A stretch of DNA of 43,297 nt from Spirochaetes bacterium GWB1_36_13 (GCA_001829155.1 MIAO01000044.1:1-43297); one strand, 5' to 3'; numbered from the stretch's first letter, positions 6,316-16,597 are shown. Program-made: numbers and translations. The notes: generated from the letters alone by a model not told the origin.

Positions 6316-9303
6316 CTACATCTGTTTCAGATTTTGTGAAAACTGGCGATTTGTGATGCTTTTTATATCTCCTGTTTCTCCGAAAGGAATTTTCACTGTA
6401 AAATAGATTTTATCTGTTTTATAATTCACATTTCTGGCATAGCCGATGGTAAAATCAAGAACCGAATCATAAAAAACCAGAGTGGACAACCCCAGCTCGC
6501 CGCCATAAGAATAAAGCAGTTCTTGATTTTTCAAGTCTTTAAAATTTTTGTTGGAAGTCAGGGCATAGTCAAAAAATCCGTTGATATACAATCCTCTGAT
6601 ATAAAAAGGCCAGCTTTGATACCCTCCTATCATTTCAAATAATGGCAGAAGGTATTCGACTGATCCTGAAAGATAATAGTTTCCGCCTGCCTGTTTTTCT
6701 TCATAGCCTCGTAAAAGAGCTTTATCTCCAAAATATTCTTCGGTCGGAAAATTTTCAAGCCCTGAAAAATAGAGACTTCCAAGATAAGTGTGATATTGGG
6801 TTTGGCTTTCATCGATAAATTTTCCAAAAACTGCTCCGCTTCGGTTTAAAAGAGAAAAAACTGCTTTTTCAAAAATGACCTGACCGATAGAAAAATTAAA
6901 CCTGCCTGATATTTCATGAAAATCAGGTTTCAAATACTTCCGGTAGTCTAAACCAAGGTCGATCCCATCGGATTTTCTAAAAGATTCCCTGAAAAAATCA
7001 CGGTTTGAAAAAGAAGCAACCGCAAGGAGTCCATACATATTCTGGTTCTCGCCGTCGATTTCCATTGTCTTCTGATAGTCCAGAAAACCTCCGCCTTTTA
7101 AATCAAAGGAATAATCAAAAGTATTCCAGCGGTACCCGAAAGCAGCTTCATGGTAAAAATCCTGATACCCCTCTTCTTTTTTTACAAGATTGTTCTTGAT
7201 TGCGATCAGGTTTCCGATAAAACCCTCTTTTCCAGTATAATCATACTCAAAGCGATAATTTATGTTTTTATGGTGAAGGTCATAGTTTGCCATCAAAAAC
7301 AGCGAATGGATTTCCAAAGGATCGTTCCATCCCGTAAACACACCCAGTTGAAAAACATCATAGTCCGTATATTTTTCAAGACGCAGATACGGCAGCCACC
7401 AATAGGGTCTGAGCCATGAAAATGCAGAATAATCTTCAAAATTCTTTTCAACCGAAACTTTTTGGTAGGGTTTTACGGCGATTCTTTCTTCCGCTACCGA
7501 TTCGAGTTTTGAATAAACGGGAATCGACTCGGCTTGAACACTTGCCACATTATAACCAGACACGGCTGAATAGACAAAATAAAGAGTATTTTCGGAAGGG
7601 CGGGGGAAAAACGCCTTTGTTTCCACATTGGTCAATGGAGCCAGCTGTTGATGGGCGATTTCATACTGGTAGATATTATAAATTCCGTTTGTGTCAGCTG
7701 AAAAATAAATCATTTTATTTTTATAGTACGGATCCCTCACTTTTCCTTCTATCCTGCCCAGCTCACTTTTTTCTCCTGTTTCAGTGTCAATCTGAATAAA
7801 AGCCGTTTCCCGTTTTTCAAAATCAAACTCAGGATAAACCACTTTGGTTTCAGAAATAAAAAAAGGCTTAATCCCTCTTGTATTTTTAGCCAGCTGAACC
7901 AACTTTTCTGTCTGAAGATCATAAATTGCAATATTTTTGCTGCCGTCTGTTTCTATTTTGATTCCGACAATTCTTTTCTCATCCGGTGAAGGCGCAATAT
8001 CATAAAAGTGTTTTAAAACTCCCTCACCAATCACAAGCAATTCTTCTTTTTCCAGATCATAAAAAACAGGTAGTGCATAGATTTCCGATTGCGTTTTCCG
8101 GTAAATATGAAAATAGATTTTTTTTCCAGATACTCCAGTTTCCACTCTATGCCCCGTAAAATATCCCTTCAAAAGTTTTACCAGTTCTTTTTTCTCAAGA
8201 TCAAAAGAATAAAGAGCATCCCGGCTGTAACCACCGAAAAAATCAAATTTCAAGTCTGAATCCGTCAGAAAATAGGCTTTTTTCCCATCGGGAGAAACTG
8301 TAAAACCTTTAATATCTTCCCTTTCTTTTTCAAAATTCAGGAGAAGATCGGGCCGGGTAATAGACTGGGAAGCGATTTTCTGAAGTTTTGCCTTCTGTTT
8401 TTCAGATTCATGGGTTTTAAACTGTTCATAAACTTCTGAATAAGTAAAATCATCCCCGTCAGGAATATTTTTTTGTTCAAAAAGGGTTCCGATCCCGCCG
8501 TCAAAAAAGAAATAAAAACGCCCGGCATGGATATACGCAAGCTCTCCGACAAAATTCTCTTTTTTCCCCAGAATTTGATAGATTTCTCCAAAAATCCCGA
8601 CCCCATAAGGATAAGGAGTATTAACCGTATTATAAGCCGTAAACTGAGCCATATCGGCAAACCCGAACAGCGTGTTTTCACGGTACCGGGTATCGTAATC
8701 GGTTGAATTATACCGTCCGTCATAGGCGAAATAACTCTCATTGAAAACAGCTGTTCCTTCATCAAACCAGGTGGGGGTGGTGAGGTTCGGAGCTGTCAGG
8801 AACCCGGGCATAATAAAAGGAGGAAGATTGCGGGCTGTGAGAAGATAAAAAGGATCAATCATTGAAGTGTTCAGAGGGTTGACAGGGGGTTTCCCGAATA
8901 TTGCCCTTAACACCTCGGAATATCCGCGCCTGCCGTCGTTTTCAAAAACATGCGTCAGTTCATGGATAAAAAGAGACTGAGCCCAGTTTCTAAAACCGAT
9001 CTCAGAATCATAATCAGCGCCGGTCAGATAATAGTTGATTTTATTGAAAGGCACCGTGTAGGCATTGCCGTTTGGCACATCGCTATTAGTATGAATCTCT
9101 ACATGGACGGGAGCTACTTCATAGGGAAAGAGTTTTTGGAGCGTTTCATACGCCCCTTCCGCCCATTCTCCCAGATTCAAAATAACTTCCTCTTTGATCC
9201 CTTCGGGATAATGAAGGTAAAAGTGTTTTGTTTTTAGTGTTTTATATCCGAAGCCATATCCCGCTATCCCTATCAAAAAAAGGCATAATAAAATCTTTTT
9301 CAT
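6316..9303 (-). CDS. Large exported protein with an N-terminal HEXXH zinc-metallopeptidase-like motif, central PD40/TolB-like beta-propeller repeats and a C-terminal beta-rich domain.
   Basis: Signal peptide MKKILLCLFLIGIAGYG. FIHELTHVFEN is an HEXXH motif. Repeats of the type VSPDGKKAYFLTDSD / IAPSPDEKRIVGI match PD40-like propeller blades. Long aromatic-rich beta region at the C-terminus. Confidence 0.5.
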   Translation of the reverse strand: MKKILLCLFLIGIAGYGFGYKTLKTKHFYLHYPEGIKEEVILNLGEWAEGAYETLQKLFPYEVAPVHVEIHTNSDVPNGNAYTVPFNKINYYLTGADYDSEIGFRNWAQSLFIHELTHVFENDGRRGYSEVLRAIFGKPPVNPLNTSMIDPFYLLTARNLPPFIMPGFLTAPNLTTPTWFDEGTAVFNESYFAYDGRYNSTDYDTRYRENTLFGFADMAQFTAYNTVNTPYPYGVGIFGEIYQILGKKENFVGELAYIHAGRFYFFFDGGIGTLFEQKNIPDGDDFTYSEVYEQFKTHESEKQKAKLQKIASQSITRPDLLLNFEKEREDIKGFTVSPDGKKAYFLTDSDLKFDFFGGYSRDALYSFDLEKKELVKLLKGYFTGHRVETGVSGKKIYFHIYRKTQSEIYALPVFYDLEKEELLVIGEGVLKHFYDIAPSPDEKRIVGIKIETDGSKNIAIYDLQTEKLVQLAKNTRGIKPFFISETKVVYPEFDFEKRETAFIQIDTETGEKSELGRIEGKVRDPYYKNKMIYFSADTNGIYNIYQYEIAHQQLAPLTNVETKAFFPRPSENTLYFVYSAVSGYNVASVQAESIPVYSKLESVAEERIAVKPYQKVSVEKNFEDYSAFSWLRPYWWLPYLRLEKYTDYDVFQLGVFTGWNDPLEIHSLFLMANYDLHHKNINYRFEYDYTGKEGFIGNLIAIKNNLVKKEEGYQDFYHEAAFGYRWNTFDYSFDLKGGGFLDYQKTMEIDGENQNMYGLLAVASFSNRDFFRESFRKSDGIDLGLDYRKYLKPDFHEISGRFNFSIGQVIFEKAVFSLLNRSGAVFGKFIDESQTQYHTYLGSLYFSGLENFPTEEYFGDKALLRGYEEKQAGGNYYLSGSVEYLLPLFEMIGGYQSWPFYIRGLYINGFFDYALTSNKNFKDLKNQELLYSYGGELGLSTLVFYDSVLDFTIGYARNVNYKTDKIYFTVKIPFGETGDIKSITNRQFSQNLKQM

Positions 9304-9328
9304 CTACTTTTCAACTCCATTTTTATTT

Positions 9329-12300
9329 TTAATATCCATAAACCTCAAACTCGTAGAGAGCCACGCCCGCCGTTCCTTTTGTTCCGTCCGCACTCATTCT
9401 GACATATTGGGTTTGAACATTAAGACCTGTCAAAGTATCGGTGGAATAGTTTGCCCCCGCAGTCAGAGTATTGCCTAAAACTGTCCAATTTGTTCCGTCA
9501 TTGGAAGTCTCAATCCGGTAAGTCGTTGCCGCCGCTTCCCAATAAAGCTTGATTTCAGTAACGGTTTTGACTGCTCCGAGATTAATGGAAATCCATTGGG
9601 GACTAGTAAAATCATTTAGACTTGCCCAGTATGACCCTGTTGTAGCTCCATCAACTGCATAAGTAGGTGTGAAATTTGCTTCCATAGAAGAACTCGCCAC
9701 TTCTTTTCCTAGTGCAAGATTAGGGAGAACCTGTCCATAAATCATAACAGTTCCATACAAAATACTATTACTATCCGTATTACTGCCTATGACTCTAAAT
9801 CCATAAGCCTGCCCCTGCGTAAGATTAACAACAAAAGGAGCTGCGGAATTGAGTTCAAACCAACCATTGGTTGTTATGTTTGGTTGTAAATCAACCGTTG
9901 TAGCTCCATAAAAAAATTGCAGAGTGAATTGGGCTCCAGAGTACATATGGTAAGCAGAAACATGCCAATTAAAATACATTGTTCCAGAAGTAGAAGCATT
10001 TGCTGTAAAAGTCCAAATCTGAGTAGGAACACCGCTCCCGCCAGAAGCACCGTTGTTATTGTAATCTAACCTCAGAGTTTGGGTACTGCTGTCGGGAATA
10101 GCTGACTGGGTTGCTGTATAATTGACATTTCCTCCTGTAACCGACGCAGACCATGAATCATACCAATAAGTAACAGCCATATCCCACACCGCATAAAGAG
10201 TAATATCAGCACCTCCAGAGTAAATTGCATTGTCTGAATATTCTACTGCTCCTCCCTGAGTTGAAGACCACCCCATAAAAATATAGCCTGATTTTGTAAA
10301 TGAATTTGGGGTAAGATTAATCGGCGAAGTAGAATATTCTTCAATTATCTGACTTCCCTGTCCCCCGTTTGGATCGTAAGTAATGGTATAGACCGGAGCA
10401 GGTTCTTTATAAATCAAAAGAGTATAAGTCTGAACCGTTGTCCCGTCTTCGGCAGTGATTATTAAGTCGAGAGGGACTTCCCCACTTTCTATGTTGAGGT
10501 TAATCGGCAGTCCATTCGTTGGAATCGGCATATTATCCCCGCTGCCCTGATAGGAAACAGAGGCATAAGAAGATGTAGTGACGGGAGTTATGGTCAATGT
10601 TGTTGCAGCATAAGGCTGAATAATTTCAAAATGATTATCCCCCATATTTTCATAGCTTCCCGCTGAAAGTCCTAGACTTGAGAGACTCGCATCCGAACTT
10701 GGAGCCTGCCGTGTGATTGCGAGGGTATAGGTCTGAACCGTTGTCCCGTCTTCTGCCGTCACCTGCACTTCTATGGTATTGGATCCCGTAATAAGGGAAA
10801 CTGAGCTGGTAGGAGTTCCGCTGGCAACAGGAATCCAGTTTCCGCTGTTGACTCTCATCTGGATAGAAGCAGCCGCATTTTCCTTGACCGCAGTCAACGA
10901 GAAAGAAGAAACAGCATTGGCAACGCTCACAGTATAGCTAAGCTGGGCATTTGAAAAAACAGGGCTTAAAGAGATCCCTGATAAAGACAAACTCGAGAGG
11001 TTGGCATTTGTACTGACCACCCCGGCTTCTCTGGTAATCACCATCGTATAGGTTTTCACGGTCGTTGTGTTTTCGGCCGTTACTTTAACTGCTATGGTAT
11101 TGACCCCTTCATTCAGGGAAACAGCCCGGCTCGCTGTTCCGCTTTCAATGCTTTCCCAGGTTCCGCTGTTCACCTTCATCTGCAAGACTGCATTGGCATG
11201 ATCTTTTACCGGTGTAAGGGTAATACTGGTTACCGTATTGGGAACTGCGGCTGTATAGGCAATCACTGAACTTGAAAATACAGGGCTTAAGCTTCCGGCT
11301 GAGAGATCGAGGGAGCTTAAAAGCGCATCAGAAGAAAGTGTGGTTCCCCCGTCGTCCTGAATCGAAATCAGTTCTCGTTCATTGGAAGCATAGGTGGTCT
11401 GATAGGTTTCAGGCACTGTTCCGACCGTTTCAATCCCTTCCCCTGCCAGATAGGTAATTTCGTTACTTCCTTCTTCATTCGGTTTTGAAAATCCCACCTG
11501 AACCGGAGTTCCGTTCAGGGTTGCCTCCGCATACCCCCCGTTATTATCGGAAAAACTCTGTACATTCAGGTTGACCGTAGGCGTTGTATAACCCAGAACA
11601 ACGAGCGAGGCATTGTTGGAACCGCTGGTTTGGGGCTTGATATCCAGGTTTCCGGTTTCAGTTCCGTCCGCTTTTTTAAACTTCAATTCCGCTTTGCCGG
11701 TCGAACCGTCCAGAATAAACTCATACACATCGTTATTCGCTAAATCCTTGAGCTCTGTTTTGACATTTTTTGCGTCCGTATGCCAGTAAACTTTAATTTG
11801 AAAGCTCCGGTCAATCTCCTGAATGTCTTTTTCAGTGACCGCAATTTCAAACTTCCGGTTATAAAGAGGATCGCCCGCAACTGTTTCATAAACATAGTCC
11901 GGGAAAAGAAGGCTGGACGGATAGCTTAGAGTAACAAAAGAATAGCCTTTAGTGTTATAAGTTTCAATCTGATTGTCAGGGTTGACCAGTTCAGGCGTCA
12001 GCTCTTCCAGTCTTTTAATCAGAGCATTATCCAGATTGAGTATTTTTCCTTTTTTAAGCCCGGAAGAAGGAGAGAGGTCATTTTGATCAATCATGGCGTC
12101 AATCAAAATATACCATTTTGCCGCCAGTCCCTGCTTCAGGGTGACTGCATCGTTCATATCGCAGAGTTTATCATAAACGGGATTGGTAACGGGGGTTGTA
12201 TCCCTTGTGATTCGTGTGATTCGGGTAATCCGCGTGATACGGGTGATCCGCGTAATTCGGGTTACTCTGGTGACACGGGTCACACGGGTAATCGAGTTGG

Positions 12301-12442
12301 GTCTCGGCACCGTAAAATTGGAAGGGAGGGTTTTCACAGCATAGGAACCCGGTAAAAAATTATCCTGTGCCGGCATACATCCTGCCATAAGAATAAGCAG
12401 GAAAAGTTTTACCAATCCTGTCAGTGTTATTTTTTTTACCAT
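9329..12442 (-). CDS. Giant multidomain lipoprotein. Domains in order: TR(V/I) tripeptide repeat tract, cadherin-like beta-sandwich domains, Listeria-Bacteroides (Flg_new) repeat, C-terminal F5/8 type C (discoidin) domain.
   Basis: Lipobox LMAGC. RVTRVTRVTRITRITRITRITRITRITR tract. Repeated ..LSSL.LSAG.LSPVFS......YT..V domains. TITYDPNGGQG..........GY.F.GW matches the Listeria-Bacteroides repeat. C-terminal LALGKEVASSS...YAVDG....YW...NDFTSPQWISINLG.....EIKLYWE....Y.IE.S.DG.NWT matches discoidin. Confidence 0.7.
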   Translation of the reverse strand: MVKKITLTGLVKLFLLILMAGCMPAQDNFLPGSYAVKTLPSNFTVPRPNSITRVTRVTRVTRITRITRITRITRITRITRDTTPVTNPVYDKLCDMNDAVTLKQGLAAKWYILIDAMIDQNDLSPSSGLKKGKILNLDNALIKRLEELTPELVNPDNQIETYNTKGYSFVTLSYPSSLLFPDYVYETVAGDPLYNRKFEIAVTEKDIQEIDRSFQIKVYWHTDAKNVKTELKDLANNDVYEFILDGSTGKAELKFKKADGTETGNLDIKPQTSGSNNASLVVLGYTTPTVNLNVQSFSDNNGGYAEATLNGTPVQVGFSKPNEEGSNEITYLAGEGIETVGTVPETYQTTYASNERELISIQDDGGTTLSSDALLSSLDLSAGSLSPVFSSSVIAYTAAVPNTVTSITLTPVKDHANAVLQMKVNSGTWESIESGTASRAVSLNEGVNTIAVKVTAENTTTVKTYTMVITREAGVVSTNANLSSLSLSGISLSPVFSNAQLSYTVSVANAVSSFSLTAVKENAAASIQMRVNSGNWIPVASGTPTSSVSLITGSNTIEVQVTAEDGTTVQTYTLAITRQAPSSDASLSSLGLSAGSYENMGDNHFEIIQPYAATTLTITPVTTSSYASVSYQGSGDNMPIPTNGLPINLNIESGEVPLDLIITAEDGTTVQTYTLLIYKEPAPVYTITYDPNGGQGSQIIEEYSTSPINLTPNSFTKSGYIFMGWSSTQGGAVEYSDNAIYSGGADITLYAVWDMAVTYWYDSWSASVTGGNVNYTATQSAIPDSSTQTLRLDYNNNGASGGSGVPTQIWTFTANASTSGTMYFNWHVSAYHMYSGAQFTLQFFYGATTVDLQPNITTNGWFELNSAAPFVVNLTQGQAYGFRVIGSNTDSNSILYGTVMIYGQVLPNLALGKEVASSSMEANFTPTYAVDGATTGSYWASLNDFTSPQWISINLGAVKTVTEIKLYWEAAATTYRIETSNDGTNWTVLGNTLTAGANYSTDTLTGLNVQTQYVRMSADGTKGTAGVALYEFEVYGY
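12204..12284. repeat. About nine tandem 9-nt units (CGNGTRATY) encoding the TR(V/I) repeat, in frame inside 9329..12442.
   Basis: cgtgtgatt cgtgtgatt cgggtaatc cgcgtgata cgggtgatc cgcgtaatt cgggttact ... is read directly. Confidence 0.6.
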
Positions 12443-12482
12443 GGGAAACTCCTGTTTTAGTAAAATTAGGTATTAAAAATTG

Positions 12483-12899
12483 CTATATTTCTTTTAATAA
12501 AATTACTTTTTCCACAGTCTCTGCTATCATTTCTACCTCATATAACCGGGTCGGTTTTGGAAAAATACCGCTATGAGAAGAATCTCTTTGAATCTGCTTC
12601 ACTTGAAAGTATATTTCTTTGTATTTTTTCTCCTTCACTTTTCCAGAATTATGATAAGAAAATACTCCGTTTTTTTTAGGAGTAAACTTTCTTTTTATAA
12701 GCGCTTGTTCTAACATCTGGAAAATTTCTTTTTCCGTTAATTGACTGTTTATTTTCTTAAAATACTCAAACCAGTCAACAGAAATATATTCTTCTCCAAC
12801 CCTTAACTTAAAAGAATCTCCGGTCGGTTTCCCTGATTCATCCAGAGTATATTTCGGACAATACCTTGTTACATGATCATGATTTGGAATATCTATCAT
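12483..12899 (-). CDS. Hypothetical protein (138 aa). Third gene of an AT-rich three-gene cassette.
   Basis: Intact ORF overlapping the upstream ORF by 4 nt (ATGA coupling). No recognizable domain. The local GC is far below the window average. Confidence 0.4.
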   Translation of the reverse strand: MIDIPNHDHVTRYCPKYTLDESGKPTGDSFKLRVGEEYISVDWFEYFKKINSQLTEKEIFQMLEQALIKRKFTPKKNGVFSYHNSGKVKEKKYKEIYFQVKQIQRDSSHSGIFPKPTRLYEVEMIAETVEKVILLKEI

Positions 12900-13453
12900 T
12901 TTCTTATTATCTCATTGAATAAATCTGAAAAACAATTCATAAAACTATCTTTCTTTATAATGCCTTCAAATATTTCTTGATATTCTGAAGATTTATTTAA
13001 AATTAATAAATATTCAATAAATTTTTTTTCTTTAAAAGATAAAACAAATTGATTTTCTTTATTATTCCAGCGCATTGAAAAAAATCCAGAAGGAGATAAA
13101 GTGATTGAAGGATAAAATTTTTTATCAATTTCTGATAAAAATTCCAATAAAAGTTTTTTTGATTCTTGACTTGGTTGTAATGAGGTTTCACTAAAAAATA
13201 AATCAGTTAATTCTTTTATTCTTTCTGATATTTTTTTGTCTCTATTATGGGATTTCATACTTTTAAGCATTGGAAATCGATTTATAAAAAAAGTAGTGCT
13301 TCCGATATTGCCAGGCATTGTGTAATAGCAATTATTTCCTTGAATATCATAATCTTCTTCAATTTTTTTTTCAGGGTAATATTTAACATTATCAGGTGAT
13401 AAACTAAGAATATTATTTTTCATTTTTCTCCATATCCTTGATAATATTTTCAA
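12896..13453 (-). CDS. Hypothetical protein (185 aa). Middle gene of the AT-rich cassette.
   Basis: ORF with coupled overlaps on both sides. No recognizable domain. Confidence 0.4.
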   Translation of the reverse strand: MKILSRIWRKMKNNILSLSPDNVKYYPEKKIEEDYDIQGNNCYYTMPGNIGSTTFFINRFPMLKSMKSHNRDKKISERIKELTDLFFSETSLQPSQESKKLLLEFLSEIDKKFYPSITLSPSGFFSMRWNNKENQFVLSFKEKKFIEYLLILNKSSEYQEIFEGIIKKDSFMNCFSDLFNEIIRK

Positions 13454-13664
13454 TATTTTTCAGTAATTTCTTAGCTTTTTGCAATGGTATCGCATAAGAC
13501 CCGCTGACAAATATTTCTTCTACACCATCCTGTTTTATTTCTGATTGTTCTATAAAATCAATAATGATTATTCTGTTTTCAATATCTGCTCCAAGTCCAA
13601 AACCCATTGGATAAATAACCGGAGATTTTAGATGTTTAATTTGACTGTTTTCTTTTTTTTTCAT
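13413..13664 (-). CDS. Small protein (83 aa), possibly DUF3467-like. First gene of the AT-rich cassette.
   Basis: VIYPMGFGLGADIENRIIIIDF ... YAIPLQKAKKLLKNIENIIKDME weakly resembles the DUF3467 pattern (EGIY.N.A.I.H...EF..DF ... P..AKRL...L..N...YE). Confidence 0.3.
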   Translation of the reverse strand: MKKKENSQIKHLKSPVIYPMGFGLGADIENRIIIIDFIEQSEIKQDGVEEIFVSGSYAIPLQKAKKLLKNIENIIKDMEKNEK

Positions 13665-13916
13665 AATTTCTCCATCAATTATTATCTAAAGGCGAGTTCT
13701 AAAAATTAATTTTCCTGTCATTTCAAACAAAGTGAGAAATCTTAAAACATTGATATTAAAAAAAGATTTCTCTTCGCTTTGCTCATCGAAATGACGATTT
13801 TTTCTATTTTTAGAACTGCCCTAAACTTAACACTTTTATTTTCTACAAATCCAGCTCAGATTATATTATATAATAATCATTTTCAATAAAAAATCAAATC
13901 TATTTTTAAGAAATTC

Positions 13917-16499
13917 TTACAGCTTTCCCTTAAAACTATTCAGGATTTCTTTTACTTTTTCCTCGTCCACTTCAGGAATATTCCCCTGCGCCATCTGGTC
14001 TTTTCCTCCGCCTTTTCCGCCGAATGCTTCATTGATTTTTTTGGCAATCTCTCCTGCCTTCACTTTTGAAACTGTGTCATTTCCGCTTCCAATCACATAA
14101 AAAACCTGATTCTGGCTCTTTCCGAATAAAACCGCTATAAAATCCTTTTCCCGGCTCTTGATATCATCATAAAGTTCTTTCAGAAGATTCGGATTATTGA
14201 CCCCTTCTATGATTTGAAGATAAAAGGCTGTTTGATTTTTTTTATCATAAGGCTTTAATTCTGTTTTTGAAAAACTAACTTCCGCTTTTGCCCCTTCTTT
14301 TTTCAGTTTTTTGATTTCTTTCTGAAAATCCGCCACTTTTCCGGGCACTTCCTCCGGTTCTGTATTCAACGACTTGGCAATAGTATTCATCGATTCATAC
14401 GAAAAAGCAAGCGTTTCAAAAGCAAGCATTCCCGTCATTCCTTCAATTCTTCTGATACCCGAAGCAACAGATGACTCTGAGACAATTTTAAAAACACCGA
14501 TTTCTCCCGTATTGGCCACATGCGTTCCCCCGCAGAACTCCATTGAAAATTCAGGAACCTGTACCACCCGTACCTTGTCTTTGTATTTCTCGCCGAAAAG
14601 AGCGGTTGCTCCCATCGCCTTTGCATCCTCTATATCATGAACACTAATTGAAAGCGCTTTTGCCTTCTGGATTTCTTCATTCACAATCAGTTCAGCTTTT
14701 TTGATTTCTTCAGCCGACATTTTTTCAAAATGAGCGAAGTCAAACCGGAGTTTTTCATCATCCACCAACGATCCCGACTGTTTCACATGCTTTCCGAGAA
14801 CCATCTGAAGCGCTTTATGCAGAAGGTGCGTAGCGGTATGGTTTTTTCTGATTTTGTTTCTTCTTTCCAGATTGACAGAAGCGGTAAAATGATCTGCCGG
14901 ATTCCATTTTCCCTCGATTTCACCCGTATGAATGATATCATCCCCGGATTTTTGGACATCTTTAATCTGAATCAGACATTCTTTTCCCTGAAGAGTCCCT
15001 GTATCAAACGCCTGCCCGCCCGACTCGGCGTAAAAAGGAGTTTCTTTTAAAACAATCCTGATCTCCCCTTCTTCTCCCAGTGCGTATTTTAAAATTTCTA
15101 CCGGCATTTCTGTTTTTTCATATCCCAGAAAAAGGGATTTCCCTTCTTTCACTCCTTTCCACTCGATTTCATCCAGATTCATCCTGAATTTTTTGGATTC
15201 TCTCGCCATTTTTTTCTGTTTATCCATCTCTTTTTTAAACCCGTCAGAATCCACTTTTAAGCCTTTTTCACGGCATAAAAGCTCGGTCAGGTCTAAAGGG
15301 AACCCAAAGGTATCATAGAGGGTAAAGGCTTCTTTTCCGGGGAAAAGATCGGTTTTTACAGTTTTTAAGACTTTTTCAAATAAATCAAGCCCCTTATCCA
15401 GAGTAGAGGCAAAGCGCTCTTCTTCCATTTTTACCATTTTAACAATATTGTCCTGATTTCCTACAAGTTCAGGATACGCTTCTCCCATCATACCGACCAC
15501 AACCGGCACCAGCTGATAGAGAAAAGGCTGATTGAGCCCGATTTTTTTCCCGTAGCGGAAAGCTCTCCTTAAAATACGGCGGATCACATAGCCCCTGCCC
15601 TCGTTGGAAGGGATGACTCCGTCTGAAATAGCAAAAGTCAGGGTTCGGATGTGATCGGAAATGACTCTCATCGGCACCCGGTTTTCATCTTCATATTTTT
15701 TTCCCGTCATTTTGGAAACAGCGTCGATAATCGGGGTAAAAAGATCAGTATCATAATTTGATTTTTTCCCCTGCATAACCGACACCAATCTCTCAAGCCC
15801 TGCTCCGGTATCAACATGCTTATTGGCAAGCGGCTCCAGATCCCCTTTTTCATTGCGGTTGTACTGGATAAAAACCAGGTTCCAAAGCTCGATGTAGCGC
15901 CCGCAGTCTCCGTTGACCCCGCACTGATGACCGGCAATGTGTTTTTTATCGCAGGCCTCGTCTCCCAAGTCGATATGGATTTCAGAACAGGGACCGCAGG
16001 GACCGGCTGCTCCCATCTCCCAGAAGTTTTCTTTTTCCTTAAATCTCATGATATGCTCTTTTTGAATATCCGTGACCGTTTCCCAGAGCTCAAACGCTTC
16101 ATCATCCTGATAATAAACGGTTACATAGAGTTTGTCTTTCGGAAGTTTCAGCCTCTCGGTAAAAAGCTCCCATGCCCAGACAATCGCCTCTTTTTTATAG
16201 TAATCCCCAAAAGACCAGTTTCCCAGCATCTCAAAAAAAGTGTGGTGATAAGTATCCATCCCCACATCTTCCAAGTCATTGTGCTTTCCGCTGACCCGAA
16301 GGCATTTTTGATAATTGGCCGCTCTTTTATATTCAGGTTTTTCTTTTTCAAGAAAAATATCTTTAAACTGGTTCATTCCCGCATTGGAGAAAAGGAGGGT
16401 CGCATCATTGAAAGGTATCAGCGGACTGCTTTTGATAAACTCGTGCCCCTTCTCCTTGAAAAAATCAACAAATAATTTTCTGACTTCAACCGCTTTCAT
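13917..16499 (-). CDS. alaS: Alanine--tRNA ligase.
   Basis: 860 aa. Class II AlaRS catalytic core (HHTFFEMLGNWSFGDYYK, WNLVFIQYNR), editing domain (HTATHLLH, CGGTHV) and C-terminal DHHA1-like GGKGGGK. Confidence 0.95.
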   Translation of the reverse strand: MKAVEVRKLFVDFFKEKGHEFIKSSPLIPFNDATLLFSNAGMNQFKDIFLEKEKPEYKRAANYQKCLRVSGKHNDLEDVGMDTYHHTFFEMLGNWSFGDYYKKEAIVWAWELFTERLKLPKDKLYVTVYYQDDEAFELWETVTDIQKEHIMRFKEKENFWEMGAAGPCGPCSEIHIDLGDEACDKKHIAGHQCGVNGDCGRYIELWNLVFIQYNRNEKGDLEPLANKHVDTGAGLERLVSVMQGKKSNYDTDLFTPIIDAVSKMTGKKYEDENRVPMRVISDHIRTLTFAISDGVIPSNEGRGYVIRRILRRAFRYGKKIGLNQPFLYQLVPVVVGMMGEAYPELVGNQDNIVKMVKMEEERFASTLDKGLDLFEKVLKTVKTDLFPGKEAFTLYDTFGFPLDLTELLCREKGLKVDSDGFKKEMDKQKKMARESKKFRMNLDEIEWKGVKEGKSLFLGYEKTEMPVEILKYALGEEGEIRIVLKETPFYAESGGQAFDTGTLQGKECLIQIKDVQKSGDDIIHTGEIEGKWNPADHFTASVNLERRNKIRKNHTATHLLHKALQMVLGKHVKQSGSLVDDEKLRFDFAHFEKMSAEEIKKAELIVNEEIQKAKALSISVHDIEDAKAMGATALFGEKYKDKVRVVQVPEFSMEFCGGTHVANTGEIGVFKIVSESSVASGIRRIEGMTGMLAFETLAFSYESMNTIAKSLNTEPEEVPGKVADFQKEIKKLKKEGAKAEVSFSKTELKPYDKKNQTAFYLQIIEGVNNPNLLKELYDDIKSREKDFIAVLFGKSQNQVFYVIGSGNDTVSKVKAGEIAKKINEAFGGKGGGKDQMAQGNIPEVDEEKVKEILNSFKGKL

Positions 16500-16597
16500 A
16501 ACAACACCTATTCTTTATTTTTAGTACCTAAAATATAGAAAAATCAGTCTTTTAAAGCAAAGGAATTGTTCTTCATCCCTGAATTTCAGCTTAAAAA

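Noticed and set aside
7005-7799. Three plus-strand ORFs (64-127 aa) inside the 995-aa gene.
   Set aside because: These are antisense to a long ORF with a coherent domain structure.
13665-13916. Inverted repeats GAGAAATCT...AGATTTCTC downstream of alaS as a terminator.
   Set aside because: No U-tract follows on the transcribed strand. The evidence is too weak to call.
14374-16524. Several 60-220-aa ORFs antisense to alaS.
   Set aside because: They are entirely embedded in a highly conserved essential gene, so they are antisense artefacts.
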